Program-made: the position numbers and the translations under genes
Part shown: positions 24,907-35,591 of the stretch, piece by piece
Layout of the letters: every line of letters starts with the position of its first letter
How positions within the stretch are numbered: position 1 is the first letter of the stretch
Notes under the pieces: generated by a model
Database searches by the model: none
What the model saw: the letters and a program-made list of their open reading frames with translations, nothing else
Told to the model about the DNA's origin: nothing
Assembly (NCBI GenBank): GCA_010909165.1
Contig: MU008227.1
Location: 1 to 64,000 of the forward strand
DNA: 64,000 bases
Reading direction: 5' to 3'
Source of the DNA: Anthoceros angustus
Taxonomy: Eukaryota > Plantae > Anthocerotophyta

Positions 24907-25382
24907 GAGTAAAGTTAAGTGGTCTAGTATTTAATACCCACATAAGAAGATAACTTCCTAATTGAGAATCAACTACCTATTATGTAATAACTGCTCATCA
25001 ACAAACCATTTCAAGCCTATTGGGACCAGACAGCCACAATCAAATAAAAATTTTTGAGTAAAGTTAAATGGGAAAATATTTAATACCCACGTAAGAAGAT
25101 AACTTCCTAATTGAGAATCAACTATCTATTATGTAATAACTACAATCATGCTGGGTCCGGCAGTCACTAGGCGACCTTGAGTTCGCCAAAGCTGATTTTT
25201 TGCACCTAGAGGTATCATTATTTTTTCGTGCCTAAACAGTATATAATAAAGGAAGCAATGTGTTGAGAAGATTACAATTTGTACGGAATAAATCAGCACT
25301 CTACGTATCATTATTTTTTCTTGCCTAAAAAGTACAAAATAAAGTCAGCAATGTGCTAGGACAATTACAATTTGTATGGAAT
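24907..25382. repeat. Two pairs of short direct repeats in the AT-rich region upstream of the PAT gene
   Basis: ~95-bp repeat at ~24907 and ~25056 (TAATACCCAC.TAAGAAGATAACTTCCTAATTGAGAATC); ~75-bp repeat at ~25214 and ~25307 (TATCATTATTTTTTC.TGCCTAAA). Confidence 0.8.
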
Positions 25383-26198
25383 TTAGAAATCCATCAGAAC
25401 TATCGCGGATGGAATTTAAAATTCCATCAGATCAGGCTGCTAAAACTCGGGTAGAATGTTACCCATTTCCCCACCCTCTAAAATCTTTTGGGCCTACGGA
25501 TAATAACTTTTTCAAACTTAAGGAGGAGCCTTAACGGGGTATCTATCCTAACCCGTCTACCAACTTCTGGTGGGTATTAAAAGCATTTTTTGTGACTTTG
25601 GGATTTTTTAATCAAGGGACGCGTCTAGTCATGATGGTGGGGCACTGCCATGCCTACGCCCAGCCGTGCAGGCATGGTAGTGGGGCGCCGACATGGCGGC
25701 GCCTTAAAAGAAACCCTAATTTAATAAGTTTTAAAAACTAAACTTGGGACTCAAGTCTTCTAGTTCCTAGCCCCAAGTACTTACCACTTCACCAACTTCT
25801 ATAAATAATATACAAGTTTTTTTGGCAAAAGATATATAAAAAGTAAAAGAGCTAGCATGCTAGCACCTCATGCCCTTATGGTCCCTCCAAAAGGCGCGGG
25901 CATGCCGGCGCTCTTAGGTTTTGTGTGCACACCGATATGCTTGCGTCCGCATAAACACTATGGCCTGCAATTGCAACCACTTATCGTGCACCAATACGCA
26001 TTATGCCTTATCCATGTTAGACCATGGGTTGCGTGTTTGCGCAAGCAGCAGGTAGCTTCGGTGTTTGCCTGTGCATCAATCCTTTACCATTTTGGTTTGG
26101 AAGAAGGTTCAAGCCTACTTGCGTTTTGGCTTTCACAGGTTTGAATCAAGACAACTTGTCTTGGTCAAGCAAGCAACCCCATTAGAAAAGGGCATCCA

Positions 26199-27502
26199 TG
26201 TTACACTTTATGTTAAGATTTGGACTCCCCTTTGTTGCAATTATGTTGAAATCTTGGGGTCTTGTAACACTTTTTGGGCCCCTTGTTACAATCAGGTTTG
26301 GAAACCAACCCTCCACCTTGTTACAGTCATGTTACAATTTTGTTACAATTATGTTGCAATGTAGTGAGAGGTGGTATGTGTCCCCTCTCAAAATTTCAAT
26401 ATAATTGCAATAGCCAAAGTGTAGCGTCTCTTGTTACAGTTTTGCAGGCTTGGTATTGAACCTCCTCCCCATCTACATTAACCCTTGCTTTTACTCCCAT
26501 ATTTTGCCGGTGCTATCATTGTAATATGTGTACAGGGCTGTACATGTATTCTACGTGTATGCTTTCATAATATAACACACTTATTTCTATAGATTGCGGC
26601 GTCACCATCAAGTGAGAGGTGTGCGTCGTCTCTTCATAGCAGGGAGCTAGGTACATATGGAGGGAATGGCAGTGTCCAGCAAACACCAAGGCCGACTGTG
26701 TCGCAACAGGATGGGTAGGAGAAAGAAGGAAGACCAGCCGGGGGGAAGCGTGGGGTCCTACATGTGTGCCTAATGTTGGAAAACAAACGTTGCCCTCAAC
26801 GGGGGCAGGCTGACATGGGAGGCGAGAAGCAGAGATGAGGCATCTGTCTGTGGGATTCGAGAAGTAGGCAATTGGTAGGCTGACGGCATCACGGCATGGT
26901 GATGAGGGGGAAGAGAACAGGGAGGTGGAGGAAGAGGACGCAGAGGACAACGAGCCCGTACCGAACTTTGTACTAGACACATACCTAGCAGAGTCTAAGG
27001 CCAAGGGCATGGACTTGCACACTGGGGCTCCTGTAGAGGTGACGCAGGTTGTGGAGAAAGGAGGAGGCCGGAAAAGGAAAGTAAGAGAAGTGCCTTGAGA
27101 GCCGAAAGGGGGAGAAAGAATAACACGGTCGAGGGCTGTGCCGGCAAACAGGACATTGACAAGCACAGAATCGGTGGCAGGGAGTGGGCGAAAACAAACC
27201 CTACTAGAAAAGAGCAGCCTATGTTACACTTTATGTTAAGATTTGGACCCCTGGATGTAACACTCATGTTGCAATTTTGGGGCCATGTAACACTTTTTGG
27301 GCCCCTTGTTACACTTTGGCTTGGAAACCAGACCACGGCTGTTGTTGCAATCATGTTGCAATGGTGTTGTCATTATGTTAAGATGAAGTGAGAGGTGCTT
27401 TTGCCCTCTCTCAAGATTGCAACATGATTGCAACATCTAAAGTGTTACAAGAGAGGTCTTGTAACACTTTTGTAGGCATGGTACCGAACCTCCTCATCCA
27501 CC
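26199..27502. repeat. Two ~280-bp direct repeats (26199-26473, 27222-27502) rich in TGTTACA/TGTAACA/TGTTGCA; family F non-coding segment
   Basis: Direct visual alignment; each copy ends in TGGTA(TT/CC)GAACCTCCTC, which is a purine tract on the minus strand. Confidence 0.75.
26700..27200 (+). pseudogene. Family F accessory-ORF fragment, inverted relative to its neighbour
   Basis: VPNFVLDTYL...GMD.H...KGGGRKRK at ~26950-27090 matches the minus-strand frame at ~34260-34420 (VPNFAPHI...KDGGRKRKMEEE). Confidence 0.55.
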
Positions 27503-28306
27503 ATTGCCCTTTTACTTTTGCCCTATGGAATACCACGTTTTTGCTTGGTAGTTACCATCGATCGCCCATCAATACGACCACATATAAATACGTATGTCAA
27601 TACATCCTTCACACTATCGCATATCATCTACGATAATCAGCTGTACTATATTATTTTAGTACTATCTGACCATATTCAATTTCATATAAAGAAGTTTGTA
27701 TATCAACGATGTTACGTGACGATTACCTTTGGTACATATTCATGATACGATACTTTGTATTTACTATTTGTGTAAATTGAAGGCCCTTTATACCCCTACT
27801 TTGTAGCATATCTTCGCATGGGTTTTTCCCATGTCAATATCCATGACTTCCTGCGGTAGCACTTTATCCCCATCTATCACCTTATTGTGACGATCACCGT
27901 GGAGGTTATGGCCCAAGATTGTACTATCTCACGGAGGCAATTTGGTGTCTTGTAGGCTTATGCTACCTCCATCTAAGGACTTCCTACTCGTCGTGTGCAC
28001 CTCGAAATCGGCCCTCCGTTCAATTCGCAATTTTCTTCTTCCCCTCAAGCGTTAGAGGCAAGCTTTGCCCTTCCATCAACTTCCTCCACGCCTTTTGCGC
28101 ACATTACACATACAAACCAACATGCCCATCATGAGTTATCCAGTTAATGGGTTTCGACTGACAAGGCTCCATCCTTACCTTTACCTGCGGTCCCTCCTCT
28201 TTTCTTCTACCCTTCTTCTTGGACATGTTCCTCTTCCATCCTCGTTCTTGTTTGTCGCAGCCCGTTGCCCTTGAAACACTCGCCCACCGCGGCTCTCATG
28301 TCTACC

Positions 28307-31300
28307 GAAGGGATGGTGTGGCGACACATGGTGGAAAGAGGAGAGGAGAGAGAGGAGGAAGCAAATGTATCTCTCTCATTGAGATGAGGCTTGGGGTATT
28401 TATACCCTCCAGCAAGGCTCCCTAGGAAGCTCCACAAGAAGCCCCTAGGAAGGAGCACAAGAAGCTTCCTAGTGATTAGCTTACTAAACTAATGATAACT
28501 TAGACTAAGTGTATTAGTCTAAGTACATTGGGCTTTAATACCCTTACAACCTCCCACTTAAAGGCCAATTTACCTTCGTAGAAGAATGGACTATCTCATG
28601 CCCATCGATGTCCGAGCTTGTGCAAATTGCTCAGAGAGTCCCTTGGTAAGAATATCTGAGGTTGGTGGTGTGAACCTTGACAAGTTGTACCCTCTTGTCA
28701 TCCAACACCTCTCGAATGAAGTGATACTTCACATCCACATGTTTAGTCTTCGCATGAAACTGGATTCTTTGCCAATTGGATAGCACTCGGCTATCACAAT
28801 GCAACACGGCGACTCAACCTTGATCCCCAAGTCTCCCACTAAGCAGCAAGCCATATGGCTTCCTTGCAAGCCTCGATTCTTTGCAACATACTCCTCTGTG
28901 GTAGATATGGTGCACGCAAGCGAGATCGCCATGAGGGCCCCTCCGTGCACATGAAGACATAACTGATGTGGACCTCCTTTTGTCCATATCCCACATAATC
29001 GGCATCTGTACCCAACCACATGCATCTTCACTACCAAAACATATGCACAAAGCTTTTGTACCATTCGGATACCTCATAACTCCTTTTACGCCTCCCAATG
29101 CTTCTTGCGGGTTTGACATAAACACTAACCACTCCCTGCAAAGGCAATGTCGGGACGTGTAGCAATCATTGCATACATCAAACTCCCTACGGTGATGAGT
29201 ATGGGACCTTCTCCATTTCTTTGTCCTCCTCGAGCTTGGGCAATCCTCGCTTGAAAGTTTCACATATGGAGGCAATGGACCCAATGGCTTCCCTTCTCCA
29301 TGTTGAAGCGTTGAAGCACCTGTTAATGTATTAAAATGCGAGACAAATAAAGCGGCGCTTATGTTTGACGATAAATATATGGCTCGCCTCTCCCAAGTCT
29401 GTCATTTCAAAGTGAGCATTCAACTTTGACTTCAACGAAATCTCATGATCTTGTTTCAATTAGCATATCATCCACATAGAGGATCAAAATGAGCAAGCTT
29501 TGATCCTTAGCTTCGTATAGAGGCAATGATCCTCATCGCTACGTTTGTAGCCTTGAGAAAGCATAAATGAGTGGAACTTGTGATACCACTCTCCTGTTTC
29601 AAACCATAAAGGCTCTTCCTCAACACGCAGATTCTCTTTGCCCTTCTCAACAAAACCTTCTGGTTGCTGCATGTAGACGTCCTCTTGAAGGTCACCATGC
29701 AAGAATGCCGTCTTAACATCCATCTATACAAGTTTCATATCATTCTTAGCAACCAAAGCAAGAACACATCGCAAAGTTGTCATTTTGACTACTGGTGAGA
29801 AAATCTCATCAAAGTCAATGCCTTGTTGTTGCTTGAAACCCTTAGCGATCGTGCCTTGTACTTTGGTTTGCCATCAAGGTATGACCTTCATCTTGTACAC
29901 CCATTTGCGGTGGTGCCTTCTTATCCCCAGCAACCAACTCCCAAGTTTGGTTCTTATGCAATTCATTTATGCATGGCCTTCTCACACTTTGTTACTCATT
30001 GACATGGCCTCTTTGTAAGAAGAGGGTTCCCCACAATCTCGGCACATAATCCGAGATGGATCATACTCGAGGTCGTGTAATCTGCGACCTACGAGCCAGC
30101 ACCTCTATAGGAGCTTGTTCGACTCTTGGTTCATCTACGGTGGAGGAATGTGCTCCACATTACCAGTTATCAACGCCCATGATGATCATGTCCATCTTCT
30201 TGGAAGATCACCCTTCGCACCTCCACAGTTGGAGTAGGCTTCCTGCATCTTGTTCTCATTGAAGAACACGTCGTTAGTACGAACAACCTTTCTAGCCTCG
30301 GATCCCACAAAGCGGTATCCCATCTCACGGAATCACCAAGAAAAATACATTTCTTGGACTTAGGTGCCAACTTGTCCCGAAACTCTTTTGGAACATGGCG
30401 GTATGCCTCACAAACACTCGCGGATGCTTGTAGGATGGTTTCTTTCGGACCATAGCTCCTCGGAACACCTCATCATGACCTTATTAGGAGATCATTAATA
30501 AGATGAACTGCAGATGAACCATACAAAACCCATTAGGCAATCCAGTTTGACAACAAACTACGCATCCTCTCACGAATGGTTACATTCATCCGCTCACCAC
30601 ACCATTTTGTGGAGGAGATCGGCGCTCAATTCTCTTTTGATTCCCTTGGAATCACGGAATGACCGAAAGCAAACATACTCTCCACCATTATCGTCCTTAG
30701 ACACTTTGGCGGGGATTCTCTACAAGGGTGACAAATTTACAAACACCGTCGAACTTCATCCTTTTCCTCAAAGGATAAACCCACACCTTGCGTGAGAAAT
30801 CATCTATGAAAGTGACAAAATAGGAGGCCTAATGATGATGAGGCATAGGTCCACATACATCACGTGAACCAACTCAAGAGGTTTACTCCTACTTTTACCT
30901 CTTGTTCGATGTGATGATTTTTGCATTTCCCATATAAGCAGTGCTCACACATCGAGAGATCGGAGAAGTTAAACGAGGATATAACGAGCGAGATAAAACC
31001 TTCATTCCCTTCGAGACATATGTCCTAACCGGCAATGCCACAAGGAAACATTTGGGCTGCTCACATCACATGATCTTTGGATGTTTACAAGTGAGTACAA
31101 AGTGCCACACTTGATCCACGAGCTAACACAAGAGAACCTTTGGAGATCTTCCAAGAGTGATCCCCAAAACCAGTGGTAACCGCATCATCCAAGCATCTGC
31201 GCTAATCATGCTCTTTGTCAACGGAACATGCCTAACGTCCTTGACATGAATGAAGATCCGTTGTCAAACTTGAGTTGCACATCACCCTCGCGCTGCGATG

Positions 31301-34256
31301 CATAGTTATTTCCAAGCCTAACGCATCCTTTCCTTGTAGCATCATCGTGCTAAACCACTCTATGAGGAGTAACATGGAAAGATGCACCGAATCAATTATC
31401 CAATTGCGAATAAATGACTATCCACGGTACATTAATTGTATGCATTCAAGTAAGAAGAGATAAGGACATCTCCGTCCTCAATAGTTTAACTCTTCCAACC
31501 GACATTCTCGCCTTCTTGTCGTCCGCTTCTTCTCTTTTCCTTGGTCCTTTTGAACTTCTCGCACTCTCTTTTAGTGACCCCTTTTGTGACAATAGTGACA
31601 CTCCACATTCTTGTTACGACTACGAGATTTTACGAGAGAAGCTTCTCCGGTTGCTTCCCCTTGCATGGACCTCCCTCTCACTATGAGGGCACCTTTGGAA
31701 CCTTTGGAAGGTTCCATGTTTTCCTTCACCTCCTCAGTTAACAGGCTACCTTCTACATTTACAATGGTAAGACCACTAGCAGGGGCAGAATTACTCAGAG
31801 CTGTACGAAAGGTGTCCCAACTCTCTGGTAATGTGACCAACAGAAACATAGCTCTCACGGAATCTGGGAATGTGATACCTTGAGATGAGAGCTGGCTGAA
31901 AATGGTATTGAAATCATTCAGATGATCGGACATCCTCGTCCCTTCCTTCATCTTCAAGTCCACCAGCTGTTTCAACCAATACACCTAAGAAGCCGCACTT
32001 TGCTTCTCATACAGGTCACACAGCTTCTGCCACAGTTCGTAACTTGTGGTCTTATCTTTCACATTGAAGTACCTGTTTTGACAATGTTAGCATGATAGTA
32101 GATCTAGCAAGCTCATCCAGTCCCGCCACTCATCTGTCATACTATACGGTTTGGCCTAACAACTTTATGGGCTTGATCGCTTTTTACGCACTAGAACATT
32201 ATACACTTGTTCTTTCCGAGCGGGAAGTTAGTACCATCTAACTACCGATGATATTGAACATGATGGCGTTTTCGATGATGAAGACATCATGATTCAAAAA
32301 TCGATCTGGATCACTCACTCGCCTTGTCGGAAAAGTCAAAATTGTTTTGTAATGTAGAAGCGCAAGTTACCGTTGTAGTAATTATGCCTTGTCTTCGTAG
32401 TCCGTATGCACTTTGTGGCTCACTTGTCGGTAGTCCTGGAGTTGAAAATTTCTCTCTCAACCCAATCAACGTTGAGGTCCCACCTTGCGGGTCCCACCGT
32501 GCGGCCCGTGTATTAGTTGTTCCGGTATTCGCGAATATTTGGCGAATACTATCGCGTTGCCACCGCCTTATTTGCGGGTTCTTGGCGCCGCGGCTCTACC
32601 CCAGTGCTTCGCCGCCCGCTGCGCGCCTCGCCCGGCGGTGACCTCGCCGCGCCGCGATCCAGCGGCGCGCCTGCGCACTGCGCGCCAAGCCACGCGCCAC
32701 GCGCCGGCGTGCCGGCGCCCAGTGGCCACCGCCTCGTGGCCCACAGCGCCCGTGGCCACCGCGCGCCTTGTGCCGGCCACCGCGCACGCCGAGCCTTGCG
32801 CACGCGCGGCGAGCACGGCGCGCGCCAGCGGCCTGCGCCGGCATGACGCGGCACTTGCGCCGCCCCGGCCAGCCTCGCCGCCACGCTGACGCCGCCCGCC
32901 CGGCGCCTCGCCCCATGCGTGACCACTTTCGCGCCCGGCGCGCAACCTCGCCGCCAGTCGCGGCGGAGCGGCTGCCGCCCGCGCCGCCAGCGGCCTCGCT
33001 GACCAGCGGCAAGCGGCAACGCGCCCGCGGCTCGCGCTCGCGGCAGCGGCTGCGCGCCGCGCCAGCGGCTCGCCCCTGATCGCGGCATGCGCCGCGCCGC
33101 CCGTGTCGCGGCGAGCAGCGGCTTGCCCGGCGCCAGCGGCTCGCCCATCGCGGCGAGCAGCGCCGCGCGCGCCTGCGGCCGCCCCGGTCGCGGCAAGCGG
33201 CTGCGCCAGCTCGCCCGGCCTAAACCTAAACCACCTTGCCGCGTGCGCGACTCGCGGCCTTGCGCGTTCGCACTGCGCCGAGCTCGCGGCCTTGCCGCGC
33301 CGGCTTCGCGGCTTACGCGTTCGCTGCGGGCTCGCGGCCTTGGCGTTCGCGGATGCGCCGAGCTCGCGGCCTTGCCGCGCGCAGCAATCGCCCGCAGCAG
33401 CGCGCGCCCGCGCCCGCAGCAACCTCGCCCAGCGCGGCAGCGGGCTTGCGCGCGCCCGCGCCCGGCTTGCCCCGCCGCGGCAGCAACGCGCGCGCGCGCG
33501 CGGCTCGCCCGGCGCGGCGGCAGCGGCTTCGCCGCGCGCCAGCGCGCCTCGACCAGCGCCGCAGCAGCTGCGCGCCGCGCCCGCCTTGGCTTCGCCCTTG
33601 CGGCAGCGGCTGCGCGGCGCCATCGCCCAGCGGCCGAGCAGCGGCGCCGCGCGCTTGACGCCGCCCGTGGCAGCGCGCGCCGCGCCGCGCGCGCGCTGCG
33701 CCCGCGGCCTAAACCCTAAACCCTGCCGCGTCGGATGCGCGCTCGCGCGCTGCAGCGCGCTTCGCGGCGGCTGCGCTTCGCGGCTGCGCCGGCTTCGCGG
33801 CCTTACGCGCGTTCGCGGCTCGCGGCGGCTTCGCGGCCAGCCGCGTTCGCGGATGCGCGAGCTCGCGGCCTTGCCACGGTCGCCGCTCGCGGCCTTGCGT
33901 TCGGTGCCCAGCGGCGGGCGCTCGCGGCGTTCGCGCCGCGATATGGATCACTGCAATTCCACAAGCTGCGCGACCTGCGGCTAGAATACGCTAGTATCAC
34001 ACAACAAGACCAAAGCTCGATACCGGTTGATGGATCGTGTGGCGGTGATGGTGGAAGAGGAGAGGAGGAAGCAAATGTATCTCTCTCATTGAGATGAGGC
34101 TGGGGTATTTATACCCTCCGGTGAGGGCTCCTAGGAAGCTCCACAAGAAGCCCTAGGAAGCAGTAGCACAAGCTTCCTGGATTATTAGCTTCAGCTAACT
34201 AATGACACCTAACTTAGACTAAGCGTGTTAGTCTAAGTACATTGAATACCCATACA
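28307..34256 (-). mobile_element. Near full-length Ty1/Copia element B with ~230-240-bp LTRs
   Basis: LTRs 28307-28548 and 34026-34256 (minus-strand TGTA(A/T)GGGTATT start); degenerate Met PBS 34015-34025; PPT 28549-28563; gag (WDTFRTALSNSAP, CHYCHKRGH), integrase, RT (MDVKTAFLHGDL) and RNase H (HAKTKHVDVKYHFIRE). Confidence 0.9.
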
Positions 34257-35581
34257 TACTCCTCCTCCATTTTCCTCTTTCGGCCTCCATCCTTTATCAC
34301 GGTGTGGCATTGCCTCAGCGGGGCTCCTTGTGTGAGTCCATGCTCTTAGCATCAGGGGCGCAGGTATGTGTGGAGCGAAATTAGGCACATCGTCCACTTG
34401 ACACCGCCTCCCTACTGGCGTCCATGTTCTTTTTAGTGTCCCCGGCCTCCATCTATGCTTTGGCCTTTGCCGATATCAATTGCATTGCATGTTGCCCTCT
34501 TAGTCCTCCATCATTCTCTCTCCCTCGACAAGCTGCCTCATGTTAATTCTACTTTTTGCCTTGCCCGACCATGGCTGCTTCTTTGGTGATCCTTTGCTTT
34601 ACATCCGTCCTCCGCCACCCGCTCCTCCCGGTCCCCCTGCAATTTTTTGGCTGTCCATAGTGCACACAAGTGTGTTACTTCCTGCTGACGGAACAGTCGC
34701 CCCCCTCCATGCTCCAGCAGCCGACTCCTCTCCTCCACACACCTTCTTCCTGCCCTCCATCGACGTCGTCACTCCATCTGATGCCAGCGGCCTCCACCCT
34801 CCGCATAATCACCTGGCGGTCGCGGGCACCCCTCCACCTCTTTTCCATTATTTGCTTGCTGCCCGCCAGCAACCCTCGTGGCCCACCTCCGATTGACCCC
34901 ATTCCGGGCATCACGGCTTCCGCAACCACAGGCGATCGTGGTGGTGCGGGCACCTAATATAAATCCACGTAGCATTTCCCCTCAGCTGCCTCCCTCCTGC
35001 ATGCTTTCTCAAGACAGCGCCTCCCGTCTCCACTTCCTGCTCCTTGTTCATATTCGCCTTTCCCCCATTCAAATCGTTGTGCCTCGCCCCTCTGGCCTCC
35101 TTCCTCCCAAGCCCCTTGCCATGCCCGCATTCCTTGATCTCTCGGCGTCCGTCACCACCTCGTGCACCACGTTGCCTCACCGCTTCCTTCCATCGTCTCG
35201 GAAAGGCCACCTTAATGAGGATCCATCTCCAATTCAATGTCGTTAAGCAAAATGGTCATTTCCTTGTTCTCCTTGCAATGCTTTTGAACCTCACAGGGGT
35301 CTTGTCCTTTAATCACTGTCTTACCATTGTAGGAACTCGGGGCCTGGAACCCCCACTACTCGCGACACCGCCACAGCTGCATGGAAATCGTCCTCCTTCA
35401 ACCTCCCATACTGCCTCTTGCTTCCGTTAGGGCCATCTTGATTCTCAAACCTCACCACCCAACCAGCATGTCCTCCCTTTCCCCACGGGTTTGGATCCAT
35501 CCCCCCGTATTTTCCTAGCCTCTCTTTTGCTGCAATTTCATACTTTGATGGCTCAAACTTCCCATTCCTCTTGAGCTCCAT
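34257..35581 (-). pseudogene. Family F accessory ORF, interrupted by Copia B and continuing at ~28300-27800
   Basis: ORF piece 35321..35581 (WVVRFENQDGPNGSKRQYGRLKEDDFHAAVAV) followed by charged low-complexity frames; homologous to 26700-27200. Confidence 0.5.
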
Positions 35582-35591
35582 CCGAGCCCAT

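Noticed and set aside
25625-25682. Helitron 3' end (13-bp stem hairpin with CTAG 14 nt away on the minus strand)
   Set aside because: CTAG is followed by A rather than T, the hairpin is larger than typical, and no 5' TC end or Rep/helicase was seen.
28302-28307. TSD for Copia B
   Set aside because: The right flank is TACTC but the left reads TACC(G) and the LTR edge is degenerate; suggestive only.
33708-33723. Telomeric repeat (CCCTAAA)
   Set aside because: Only about two copies, inside a Copia leader; at most a telo-box-like motif.
32568-33984. Long Arg/Ala-rich ORFs on both strands (for example 351 aa and 293 aa)
   Set aside because: Expected by-product of extreme GC content with few stop codons; low complexity and no domain signal.
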